A stretch of DNA of 62,615 nucleotides, counting the filler, from Hausera hauseri (lineage: Eukaryota): NCBI GenBank assembly GCA_046269625.1. It is 12 parts of 12 records of this genome, joined end to end, with 100 filler letters (N's around TTAATTAATTAA, not from the genome) between each part and the next. Parts side by side here need not be neighbours in the genome. Positions count along the whole stretch, not along the records: positions 4,110 to 13,606 come from JBJURY010357709.1; positions 13,707 to 19,366 come from JBJURY010211300.1; positions 19,467 to 23,479 come from JBJURY010820197.1; positions 23,580 to 28,437 come from JBJURY010413478.1; 8 more parts are not named here. One strand, given 5' to 3'. Each line of letters starts with the position of its first letter. Position 1 is the first letter of the stretch. Made by a program: the position numbers and the translations under genes. Positions 12,365 to 23,639 of the stretch are shown piece by piece. The notes beneath the pieces are model-generated. The model did not search any database, was not told where the DNA came from, and was given only the letters and a program-made list of their open reading frames with translations.

Positions 12365-13314
12365 GCCGAAGCAGCCGACTTAAAGTACTTCTCAAACGGA
12401 GGATATACGAGAGTAGTACGTATAAAATTTTATCATAGTTACGAAATCGAAATTCGGCACGATCATAATGATACGGATTCCGGAACTAGTTTACGCCGAC
12501 GAATGAATTTATTAAGACCTCGCGAGGCTTGCGGCACATCTTCGGACTAAATGGGCACCTCAGAGAATGCCGTTCAGGAAGAAGATATGTTGTAGTGACG
12601 GACTAGTGGGCGAAATGCTAAACAGGCGACATCTGTAAATATTTTATTTCCTAACAATTAAATTGTAAATACTTATTGGTTTTGAAAATTTCCTGTAGCA
12701 ATTAAATTGTAAATAGTCGGTTTGATGGATTTTGAATGATCATATATGCAATTATAATGCCAATAAAAATAATAGATCAGAAAAAGCGGAAAACAAAACA
12801 AAAATTAATATGTAAAAAGGAAATAGTAGAAAATTTAACGGAAAAATTGGAACTATATAAACAGAGATGAAAATAGTGAAAAAGAGTAGTAATGAGTGGA
12901 AAATAGCTAACGATCGACAGCAAACAATTGGAAACTTCAAGGACAGAGTTGATTGACTTATTTGACGATTTTTATTGCGGAGTGATCGACGTATTGTATC
13001 CAGAATTTTACTGGTAAATGTTTTTTTTATTAAATTGTTGTACGGTCTTAAATTTCTATATAGCTTTGCATTGCCCCATAAGGGTAATTGGACTCTCCTA
13101 AGTTTTTAAAATACACTGTAGCCTTAAATGGTTAAGAGTTGAACTTATAATTCGCACGTCATAGCATTCAGTACAAGCATTATATTTAAAATTTCAATAC
13201 AAGGCACAATCTGTCTACTAGATTACGGTAGACCTTCCCTGTATCAAAAGACTAATTTCAACGTAAATATTGTTAGTATTATAAAATTGCCGGTTCTGGG
13301 CCACCCCCCCTCAT

Positions 13315-13520
13315 TTGCGTAACTTCCGGTTTGAAATTGCGCAACGACCGGGGTAGAATTGCGTCACTTCCGGTAAAAATGGCGTAACCCGGTAGAAATT
13401 GCATCACTTCCGGTAAAAATTGCGTAACATCCGGAGGAAATTACACAATTTTCAGCGGAAATTGTGCAATTTGTGCAGGAATTGCGTCACTTCCGGGGTA
13501 CAAATTGCGTTACTTCCGGC
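13315..13520. repeat. Degenerate tandem repeat, unit about 20-23 bp (AAATTGCGTCACTTCCGGT), about 9 copies
   Basis: Copies include ttgcgtaacttccgg, ttgcgtcacttccgg (twice), ttgcatcacttccgg, ttgcgtaacatccgg and ttgcgttacttccgg. Confidence 0.85.
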
Positions 13521-14368
13521 AGTAGCTGTGTCCTGATGGGGAAAAATAGTGTAAGGCACATAAGTGCGCGGGGATTGTCGGGATAACCGTTCAGGATAGC
13601 CCTGTCNNNNNNNNNNNNNNNNNNNNNNNNNNNNNNNNNNNNNNNNNNNNTTAATTAATTAANNNNNNNNNNNNNNNNNNNNNNNNNNNNNNNNNNNNNN
13701 NNNNNNATTCTTTGTCTTCTGTTTTGTCTTAGTGTAAATTCTTTAGTTGTTACATTTTATTAAGTGACAATGGTATTAACTTTGCAAAATTTAAACAAAA
13801 GTGGGAATAGTGAAACCACGACTGCACCAATCAATATATTGAATTTCAAAATCAATATATTGATTTTCAAAATTCCCCATATAAAATTCCTATGCATTAT
13901 TGATTATCGATCCTGGGGGGGGTTGGTGCAGTGCGCTCACTTTAACCTACTATTACTCGGTTAAGACAATTGATTGAGATATTCAGCAAGAGGTAATAAC
14001 CCTTCGAATCGATTGAACATGAGTGTTATAAATGACCTGAAGAAGTAAGAATTCCTTTGGTAGATAGTCACAGAATTATTAATCTAACCATTAACTTATT
14101 AAACTAGTATGAACACAATAAAATTATTTGACACCTTTTACAAAATAAAGAAGATATAGCGCAGATTACTTCTGTAATCGTACCGCCGTCGAACTCACCT
14201 TCAGATTATCAATATTCATTCGATTTGTATGTTGGTTGTATCAAACACCGAGACATTGCCATATACACAACTAACACTCTTCAAATGTTTTTTCAGCTTT
14301 CGATATTGAATCAAATTTCTTATTACTCAAAACTTGAAGTCAAAATTCCATTTCCTGCCGTTTGTTTA

Positions 14369-14989
14369 CTAACGTGACTTTATCTTGTTCAAGATTTTGA
14401 ATTGTTTGCTGCTTTGTGCGCAAAGGCTTTCAATAGTCTCTATTTCTTCTATTTTCTTTTTCAATTCTCTATCCTTGTTTTCAGCATCAACATCATGACG
14501 AATCACGAGCTCCTCATAATCTCTGGCAGACTTCTCAACACGAACTTTCAAATTATTTTTCGCTGAATAGACACTATCAAATTCTCTCTTTAGTTCTTCT
14601 TGATCTTTTGTTATAGAAATAATATCTTCAATAAACTTTACGCTGTTGGTCTTTTCATCGCTACAAGCTTTTTTTGATTCAGAAATTTCAGACTCCAGCA
14701 ATTCCCTTCCTTTATTTAAACTATCTATTTGCTTTATCAATTTTTGATTTTCTATATCTCTTCTTTCATAGTCATCCACAATAGCCTTACTTTTCTCTAA
14801 TTCTTCAATCAAACTTGAATTTCTTTGTGACATTTCATAAATTTGTTTCAAAATGCGACAATTCAAACCTTTTCCCTGATCCAATTTAACAACCCTTGTC
14901 TTTAAAGAATCTCCGTCATTTTTCAACGAGTTATATTCGTCTTTCATATCATTTAGACTTTTATTCAACTTCTGATTTACTTCGTTCAT
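14369..14989 (-). CDS. Coiled-coil protein fragment, family unknown
   Basis: 206-aa E/K/L-rich heptad ORF with disrupted flanks. Confidence 0.4.
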   Translation of the reverse strand: MNEVNQKLNKSLNDMKDEYNSLKNDGDSLKTRVVKLDQGKGLNCRILKQIYEMSQRNSSLIEELEKSKAIVDDYERRDIENQKLIKQIDSLNKGRELLESEISESKKACSDEKTNSVKFIEDIISITKDQEELKREFDSVYSAKNNLKVRVEKSARDYEELVIRHDVDAENKDRELKKKIEEIETIESLCAQSSKQFKILNKIKSR

Positions 14990-17900
14990 ATTTTCTACAA
15001 CTCAGTCATTTTCACTTCTTTTCGCGTCACTACTTTCAGATAATATCATCAACATCTAAAGACAGACTTTCATTCAACTTCGTTGTACCACAAGGTTCAG
15101 ATTTGCCTATTGCTAATTTTACTTCAATCAATTTCAACTGGCTAGAGTCATTACTTAATGATTCAATCAATGGAACATTTTCATACGAACTTTTCAGTAA
15201 ATTATCTACTCCTGTACATTTCTCTTAATAGAGCGTCGACACTTCTGTACATACAATTGAACTGAGCATCCGTTTGATTGAATTTTGTAAAATTTCCATT
15301 TGATTTCGTAACTCGAAAATAGAATATGAAATCTTTTGTCTATCTTGACCAATTGTACAAATTGTAAATGTGATCCTATCAATGATATCCCCACAATTCG
15401 CATCAATAAAATGTATATCGACACGTTTAAGAATAGTATGTTGCTTATAATTTCGCATTGAATAGGGTAATATCAGCATTTCAGTGATCGAATGTCAAAT
15501 TTGTGACTGTTTTCTTTAATGTAAATTTATTCATACATTTTGTTTCTGAATTTTGATTGTTTTGATGATCTGTAATTTCTTCGGTTAAACGATATCAATT
15601 TCCCACAAGAACACCTGGGGTCCCACCTGAGATGCCATTTGTTCGTCTAAGATTCATTTCTTTAATTATCTTCATTATCTCATATCTTTTCATCTGTATT
15701 TCCCACTTTTCTTTTATTGTTTTCTTAATCACCATTTATGGAAAATTTAAATTCACAAATTAATTTGGAATCTAATAAGACTTTTATTATTACTAACAAT
15801 ACAACGACTTCTTTTATAACATTTAAACAATTTATAATCATTACATAACAATATAAACAAATTGAACACAGGGGAATTCTTCACAATTCTTCACAATGTT
15901 GAGAAGGAATATTTAATTTATTTCCATTATTATTCTTATTGCCATTGTTATTGTTTTAGACTGTCAGCTGACGGATATTGAAGTAAAGGCAGGATTGAAT
16001 TCATTTACCCATCGTTTTGTGTTTATATATTCATTCTTGTTTTGTCGTTGACATGATATAATTTGCAGCAATTATTTATTTATTCTTTCTTCAAACCATC
16101 AACGCCACTATCACATACCACCGCTGACCGAACAGTACCCGACTCTGTCTCGGTAAGTTTATTTGTCGGTACAACGTCTTTAGGGAAAATAATTCTCGTA
16201 AGACGTTATATCGCCTTTTTGATGAAGCTCATAATGTTTGTGAAGCTATGGCAATAATGAAGGAAGGTGATCGTGCCGAGTTTATCACTAGGCACAAAAT
16301 ATTAAGTACTTACATCAGTAATACGTTTAAACTTACTATTTCTTCAATCATAGGACTAACATTATTCAGTCTGCTTCGTTTTACCTCCAAGAGAACCTCG
16401 GGTGTGACATACATCAGATGATCTGCCGTAGTAAACAGGGCCCGCACTTCATGCAATCCTCGCTGAATATCTTGTTTCAATTTAATCAGCTATGCATAAA
16501 CACTCATTTTTGATTTAAATGAAGTCAAAATATCTGACTAAGATGGTTGAGACATTTTCATAAATGAAACTTTCACATCGGCATTTATATCAACTTTCCG
16601 AACTTAAAACAAAGTGGGGTGAGAGTAGTGAAACCCAGATGAGATCAGAAAGTGCTTTGTTCTCGGAGTGGGAATAGTGAAGCCATGATCAGATCAGAAA
16701 ATACAGCAAATTTTTCGTATAGAAAATGCTTTGTTCACAGCCAAAATTTAAACAAAAAATTTTTGCCGCCAAACTCGAATTTTTATACCTACTAAAAATA
16801 ATACAGTACACATACACTTCACGTCATTCTCATACATGCACACACGACCACCTGCCTTCCATCTCTTCCTTATTAACCGTGTATGTGTAGCATTTTCTTG
16901 CACCCATGACTCATCCTCGAACATCAATTCTACTTCAGCACGGGGTGTAATCTAGTATTCTCACTTCAACCTACTTTTGTACCAATTTTTCTGCAGCGAA
17001 TTTATGCCTGAGGTTAGAATATTAAGTAGACGACAGAAATTTTTGTAATTATTTCTTATTTCATTTTGATAATAAAAATAGGATTTTTGTAAAGTATGGA
17101 GATTTTATACATCATTAGTAAGAAAATTTTTTCTTTAGATAATTATTAAATTTAGATAGAAATATAATAGAAATATTCGATCTTAATTGGATCAAGAGAT
17201 TTTTCAAGTGATGGTGCTTATGACATTTATTGCAATCAATTAGTGGTAATTAGTTTTATTGGTTAATATTGATTTTAAATTTTTATTTTGGTATCAAAAA
17301 TACAATTATGAATTCGTATTTATTTAGCTTTGTTAAGTAAAACCTATAGTCAGCAGAGGACTGTAGTTAAGTAATCAACTTTTTTTCCGCATACACACAC
17401 CAAACTTTACATATAATTAAATTTATTTGAAAACCCCTCACAACATATTGGATTTACAAAATTAGTAGAAAAATATATGCATGTACACTTATATTATAAC
17501 TTTTCTTAAATCACCAACTACAGCCAAAATTGGTAGAATTTGTGGACATTCAAAATAATAAGGAGTTAATTGTTACTCATTAATTTTATATTTACCATAA
17601 GTAAATCAGACTTTCTCTACATAAAATGACTTCGGATTAAATAATTTGGTTTTAATAACATTCCCATAGATGTTAGGCCACCAACATATCTAAAATTTAA
17701 GCACTGCAGTTATTTTCATTTATTGTGCTTAATTTACTTTTCTACATACTTTATAAGTATTGTATTAGTTCAAATCTTCATTGTTTACACACATGCACAG
17801 TATTATGGCATTCATAAACCCATTTTGTATTTCCATCATCACTACTCTTTCGCTCAAATAACGATATTTTATAAATACAACTTTAACGAATCAATTTCCC

Positions 17901-19225
17901 ATTTTAAACAAATATTAGAACAATGAAAACTGAATCAATAATTTACTGTTAGAAACCCAGATGACGAATTATCTGTAGGATTATTTCCACTAATTACTGT
18001 ATTAAACCAGCTGCCTATAACATTTCATGAAAATCAGCGGTAATCTATTTGCAGGAGATCTCTACAAAGTTTGACTGAGGCATTGCAAAGGTTCTACAGT
18101 TGCATCCAGTTAAGCGAACTAGTGTCAAAACACAAGGCTAATATAATCACGCAAAATCCACTCGAACAGGCATTTTTACAGCGGAATCATAGCCTCACCC
18201 TTTCTGCATACATGTTTTAGTACAAAGATTAACAAACTGATTCCATTACCCGATATAATAACTGACAATCGATTTATACAGTTGGTAGGGTTCCTTAATA
18301 ACAATTCCCTAAAATACTATACGAAATCCAAAAATTACAATTCAGTTCTAATTCAGAATATCCGAATCGAACCGAAAATGAATATACATTAACATTTATT
18401 TTCGTGATCCGAAAATAATGACATAGATAACTACATTTGTGATATTTGAAATTTGTGCAATTCAAACAATTGCCTATGACTGTGAATATTTGTGTATAAG
18501 TAATAAATCCTTGTACATACCTAAATGTCCTCTTGTTTTCGAGTAATTGCTAATAAAATTAACAATATTCAAAATTATAGAAACAGAAAAACAAAAGTAA
18601 TTATGCGATGTGTCGCATTAGGTACAAATGCCAATTACAGAATGAAATTATAGATTTTCAACGATTAATAATCAAAAATTAATAATATACCAAATAGAGT
18701 CATTTTACTGTCCCTCCTATACGCAGATCTAAATCTGAATCTCGATGACATCGTTGTGTATCTGAGCACTAGAAGTTAGAGCAAAATATAAATTAAAACC
18801 TAGTTCAAGTTATAATAACAATTAACGAAAATCCCGATAAGACTTCCCCATTTGCAGAAAATTAATTACACCGATGACTAATTAATCATCGTAGAATTTG
18901 GAAAATCCAAATTCGTAAAATATGCTTACCACAGCAGAAAAATTGGATTTCCTAATTTCACAACGACATTTCCCATATCGTCAACCCTTATTTCCAAATT
19001 CCGTACTTTCAATCATAATTTTCCCAATAGCATGGCCGAACAACATAGTCACTAATCAACAACGTTCGGTCATCACAACTCAAATGGCGATTTTCAAAAT
19101 CCAAAACATTCAAATCTTAACCGACGGTTTATTAAAATTCAAAAACTACACAATTGCATTTCCAGAATTGAAATAGAAAATAACGACTGAGTCATCGGGA
19201 TTGCCATAAATTACACCCACACACC

Positions 19226-19366
19226 TGTGAGGAGGAATTTAAACGAATATTAATGTTTAAATTCAATTCAAAGTTAAATCAATAAACAACCAATATAAAG
19301 TCAGGAAATTCAAAAAAGGATGAAAAGAAGAATCATTTAATGAGTGAAGGAGATAATTGTTATACA
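19226..19366 (-). repeat. Dispersed repeat of about 140 bp, inverted copy of 61075-61216
   Basis: gaatttaaacgaatattaatgtttaaatt...gaagaatcatttaatgagtgaaggagataa is the near reverse complement of the 61.1-kb segment. Confidence 0.85.
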
Positions 19367-19466
19367 NNNNNNNNNNNNNNNNNNNNNNNNNNNNNNNNNN
19401 NNNNNNNNNNTTAATTAATTAANNNNNNNNNNNNNNNNNNNNNNNNNNNNNNNNNNNNNNNNNNNN

Positions 19467-20347
19467 AACAGGCATTTGACAGCATTCACAACGTCCATCA
19501 CCCTGGATCAAAAGCCACAGTTTGCCTATTATGCAGTAGAGTTTGTTGGCCTTGCATGCTAAACGACGTAAATCGGTGGACAAAAAAATGTTCACTGTGC
19601 CAACAGTATAAGGTCAACAAGACCATACAACCACCAATCCTACACTACCCTACTGGCTCACGGTATGAAACCATCCACATGGACATAGTAGGACCACTTT
19701 CCGAATGTAACGGATATCAGTACATACTAACCATTCTCGACCGGAAAACAAGATGGCCTGAAGCCATTCCAATCCGCCAAATAACCACGCAAAGCGTTGT
19801 GGCTGTATTGCTAAATACATGGATTTCTCGGTTTGGAGTACCTAAAAACATTATAACAGATCAAAGTGCCCAATTCAAATCAGCCATGTTTAATCAGTTA
19901 ACCAAATCGCTTGGTTCAAATCATATACATATATCGCCCTACAATCCACAGGCGAATGGTTTTATCAATCGATTTCATTGTACACACAAATCATCCTTAC
20001 TAAACCTATGCCACGAAAACAAGAACTGGTTGGATGCACTACCCATTGTGCTAATAGGATGGAGAAACACTCAAAACACTAGCACTGATGCCTCTATGAC
20101 ACAACTATTATTTGGTGCCCACCTCACATTCCCACAAGATCTCGTGAGCAATCAGGAATTAAATTTCATTCCCGCTCTCCACGAAGCTCGGAAGTATTTC
20201 CCGTTAATAGACACGAACCATGCATTCCACAGCAATCACAAAAATCCACTCATGTCCAAGAAACTACAAGATGCGTCCTTTATCTTGCTCAAAAGCCAAC
20301 AAAGGCACAGTTTTGAACCGTACTACACGGACCCTACAATCTCATAG
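19467..20347 (+). mobile_element. Gypsy integrase fragment, CsRn1-like clade
   Basis: HHCC finger H..HHPG...WP.M..DV..W...C..CQ; HMDIVGPL; LTILDRKTRWPEAIP; WISRFGVP..I.TDQ; YNPQANG. The catalytic Glu is lost (FINRFH). Confidence 0.9.
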
Positions 20348-21728
20348 AAATCACCGAACACAATGCCAAAGTATTACGAGACAATAAAGAACGTAAAACC
20401 AGCATTCGGCTACAATAATTCCAATACCGAAAGTCCTATCCAAAAAGACGTAACAAGCATGTCGGAAGTAGACGGGCTTCGAGGAAACTACGAGAAGATT
20501 GATCCGTTCAATATGGACAATCCTGTAGTATATGACCCGACCCCGGTCCAAACTGAAACACTGATTAGCCCAACGCCCATACTTCCAGATATGGAACGTA
20601 CGAAAATACGCAACCATACTCCTGTCGCACCGATACCGAGTCGAATCAGGAGTGCATCTAAGATACCTCAAATTCATTGAAACCCTACCGTAACCAAAAA
20701 GCAAATGTCGCGTTACACGTAGCGTAAACGCCGCACCAAAACAGGTGAGAATCAAACCCAGTGCCAAAACCGACACTTGCTCATGCCGTTTTTAATAGGC
20801 AACGAGTACGCTGTATGCAACTAGGTAACGCGCAATATAATTTGAAACAAGTGCAAAATCGGCAAACACCATTCCTCACCGAAATATTACCGAATATTGA
20901 CAGAAATAAAATGTTAAAGTCTAATAAATTTTCCAATAATATTGCAGATTATTATTCTACAATTTTAATAGAAAACTAAATTGAAACCCTGAGAAATAAA
21001 AAAAGCGAATCCAAAACGTAAGAATCTTTAATACTTTGGTCATTTGATTTTAGGAACTAACATTGCTTAAACATCGTCTATAAAAATAAATCCTTGTTTT
21101 CGTCAGGAAAGTACGAGTAACACGTTTAATTTTAATACAAAATTCCTTTACTAATGTCAGCATATTGGAAGTAATATATAAATGCATAAATGTATGAAAG
21201 ATTTTGTACATACTAAATAAGCTCTTCGAGGAATCATCATATTTAACAGTGACACTGTACTGATTGAACATTACTCACGTAATATAAATAGAAAAACATG
21301 GCATAAAGAATAAGTACCATTAGGTAGAACAATGTGGCACATATATGTGAACAAAGTGGAGTGTGGCAAAGTAGTGGGAAGTGTCCTCTCTACCGCGCGT
21401 TTCTGATTGATCCGCCGACCAGTTTTCCACACCCGATTGGCTGTTCCGAATATTTCACTAATTTTTTGTCACGACCCCTCGCAGAAAATGAGGTAGAACA
21501 AAGAGGTTCGGACCAGGTGATATCAATAGGGCGTGACGAGGTGAGCAAAAGTTAACAGAAGTGTGGCTTTGAGAAATGTAAAAGGCAGGCAGTAGAATAG
21601 GAAGAAGCAAAACAGGAAATATTCCACGTATAACTCGAAACATGTTGTTAGCACTGAGAAAAATGTGTATGAGTGCTAAATCGGTATTGGCGATTGCGAT
21701 GGACACTGTTGCAACTCAGTCAGACTAT

Positions 21729-22484
21729 GGAAACATGGGGGAAAGAGATGGGAAATTTCAAACTGGTAAAATTTCCCCATATTCAAGTCTGTCGGTGATG
21801 GAGATTGGTCTAATACATTGCTCATAAGCTTGGGAAATTTTCATATTATAGCCATCTCACGTTCAGACAAGTGGATCGGGGTGAAAAATGCAATCGAACA
21901 AACAAACCAAAAAAGCGCAATGTTAAAGTCAAAGTCAAAATCATCGTAGTAGGTAGAAATGTCATTTTGTCCTCACTTCCCAAAAAGTGCTCAGATGGAC
22001 CTAGGGCCTAGTTTTTCTCACCCATCTCGCAATTCTGAGCATTTCATGTTTTGGGGTCGCAGACCCCCACCCCGTGGAAAGAAGAAGCAATGGACTTTGG
22101 ACCCAGACCAATCGGCCGAGCTGGGCAAGGCGAACAAAAGTCAACAGCGGCGCGAAGCCCAAAAATGTAACCTCGCGGCACCGGAGGCTGAAGAAGAAAA
22201 ACGGGCAATGTGCAACTGGCAACGCAACACATGTATTTTGTATACGGAAATTTTGTGCAGAGGTAAAATTAATGTTGGCAAGTCGAATGGACACGGTTTC
22301 GTCATCGTCCGACCAATGGAACATGGGAAAAATCGGTTGTGAAAATTTCCGTCTGGTAAAATTTCCCCCTGTTCAAGTCTGCCGGTGATGGAAATGGGTC
22401 CGGTACATTGCCCATAAGTTGGTGAAAATTTCATATTATAACCGCATCACGATGAGACCAATGGATTCGGGGTGAAAAACGCAA
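21729..22484. repeat. Pair of diverged direct repeats of about 165 bp (21729-21893, 22318-22484)
   Basis: Both carry ctggtaaaatttcccc...ttcaagtctg.cggtgatgga...tacattgc.cataag.t...tttcatattata...ggggtgaaaaa.gcaa. Confidence 0.85.
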
Positions 22485-22930
22485 ACGTCAAGATCGTCGT
22501 CATTTTCGTTTTGTGTTTTTTGTAAATGCGTTTGTTCGTTTTGTTGTAAAAATCTATGTCGTGAATTTTGTTTTGTACTACGACGACGACTAAAACTGAA
22601 CGGCGGTTAATAATAATAAACTACAATCGCACAATGAGCATGAGCTCATAACTGAGTACTACTCATAAGGAGAATGATTATTATCAAAACTGCAATGCTA
22701 GTAGTAGTAGTAGTAGTAGCAAAGGTGACACCTCCGAGACCGTGTACCAATGTAACAAAGGTAATGAAACTAAATAACAATACATGGCGGTAACAACAAC
22801 AACAACAACAACAACAACAGCAACAACAGCAATACAGCACGTAGTATATTTTAAAATCATAAAAATTCTTTGTCTATCCACACAAAAACAGTCTGTCTGT
22901 CTGTCTGTCCACTCAAAAAGCGGAATACGT

Positions 22931-23307
22931 TCACAATAATGTCTGTAATATAAGCCACAATAAGCAGTAATGTCCACACAATATGGTAAGCGGATGCTGA
23001 TAATAAAGTCGATTATATTCAACACGATGATTATGTGATTACCGTTCAATTTGAGAAACTAACGATGAGGGTAATAAAACCCGAGCGGATAGAATACCTT
23101 GACGATAGTCGGATGTACATACACCGCAATCCAATGTTCGCCCAGTAACGATGAACTGTGTGTATTGACGATGAAACCTCCGCCACTGCCATTTTGTCGT
23201 AAGTCACGCGACACACTGTCCAGTGGAAACACCCCCAAGAGCAGTTTTCTATACTGATTGAGTTCAGTTGAGCTAAACGTAAAACGTGATTTAATCATAA
23301 TAGTCAT
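22931..23307 (-). pseudogene. Polinton/adintovirus adenain-type cysteine protease
   Basis: GVFPLD...FIVNT.SS...GEHWIAVY, and after a disruption YNRLYYQHPLTILCGHYC (catalytic His, Gln and Cys). Confidence 0.88.
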
Positions 23308-23362
23308 AATGGTAATAAATTACTTCATGGTACAAATAGGAGGAGGAAGAAGAATGTTTTAC

Positions 23363-23479
23363 TTACACAGAAACGGTTTCATTTTTCGTTATTTCAACCT
23401 CTGCATCAAATACACCGTAAATGTACATCACGGTAGATTGCTCCAACGCTTTAGCAAAGTGAACCTCCAGTCGCAGGTT
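23363..23479 (-). CDS. C-terminus of the Polinton major capsid protein
   Basis: NLRLEVHFAKALEQSTVMYIYGVFDAEVEITKNETVSV* is a typical MCP end. It lies just upstream of the protease and is cut by the gap. Confidence 0.75.
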   Translation of the reverse strand, partial: NLRLEVHFAKALEQSTVMYIYGVFDAEVEITKNETVSV

Positions 23480-23639
23480 NNNNNNNNNNNNNNNNNNNNN
23501 NNNNNNNNNNNNNNNNNNNNNNNTTAATTAATTAANNNNNNNNNNNNNNNNNNNNNNNNNNNNNNNNNNNNNNNNNNNNAAATTTATAGCGGAAAGGTCT
23601 ACATGCATTTGGTCCAATTTGCGAATTATTCGAAAACCA

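Larger units (their letters stand above)
4110..12550 (+). mobile_element. Decayed Ty3/Gypsy element A: glycoprotein-PR-RT-RH-IN-membrane protein, then accessory ORF and RING
   Basis: Continuous plus-strand coding region with the PR-RT-RH-IN order and Gypsy-type RT motifs. The 5' end is cut by the contig edge and the LTRs were not delimited. Confidence 0.85.

Noticed and set aside
13315-13520. CRISPR-like array
   Set aside because: Units are degenerate and contiguous with no unique spacers, there are no cas genes, and the context is eukaryotic.
21959-22434. Five overlapping ORFs on both strands
   Set aside because: Locally GC-richer DNA with few stops; no motifs.
22646-22840. Poly-Cys and poly-Thr ORF
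   Set aside because: Translation of (CAA)n and (TAG)n microsatellites.
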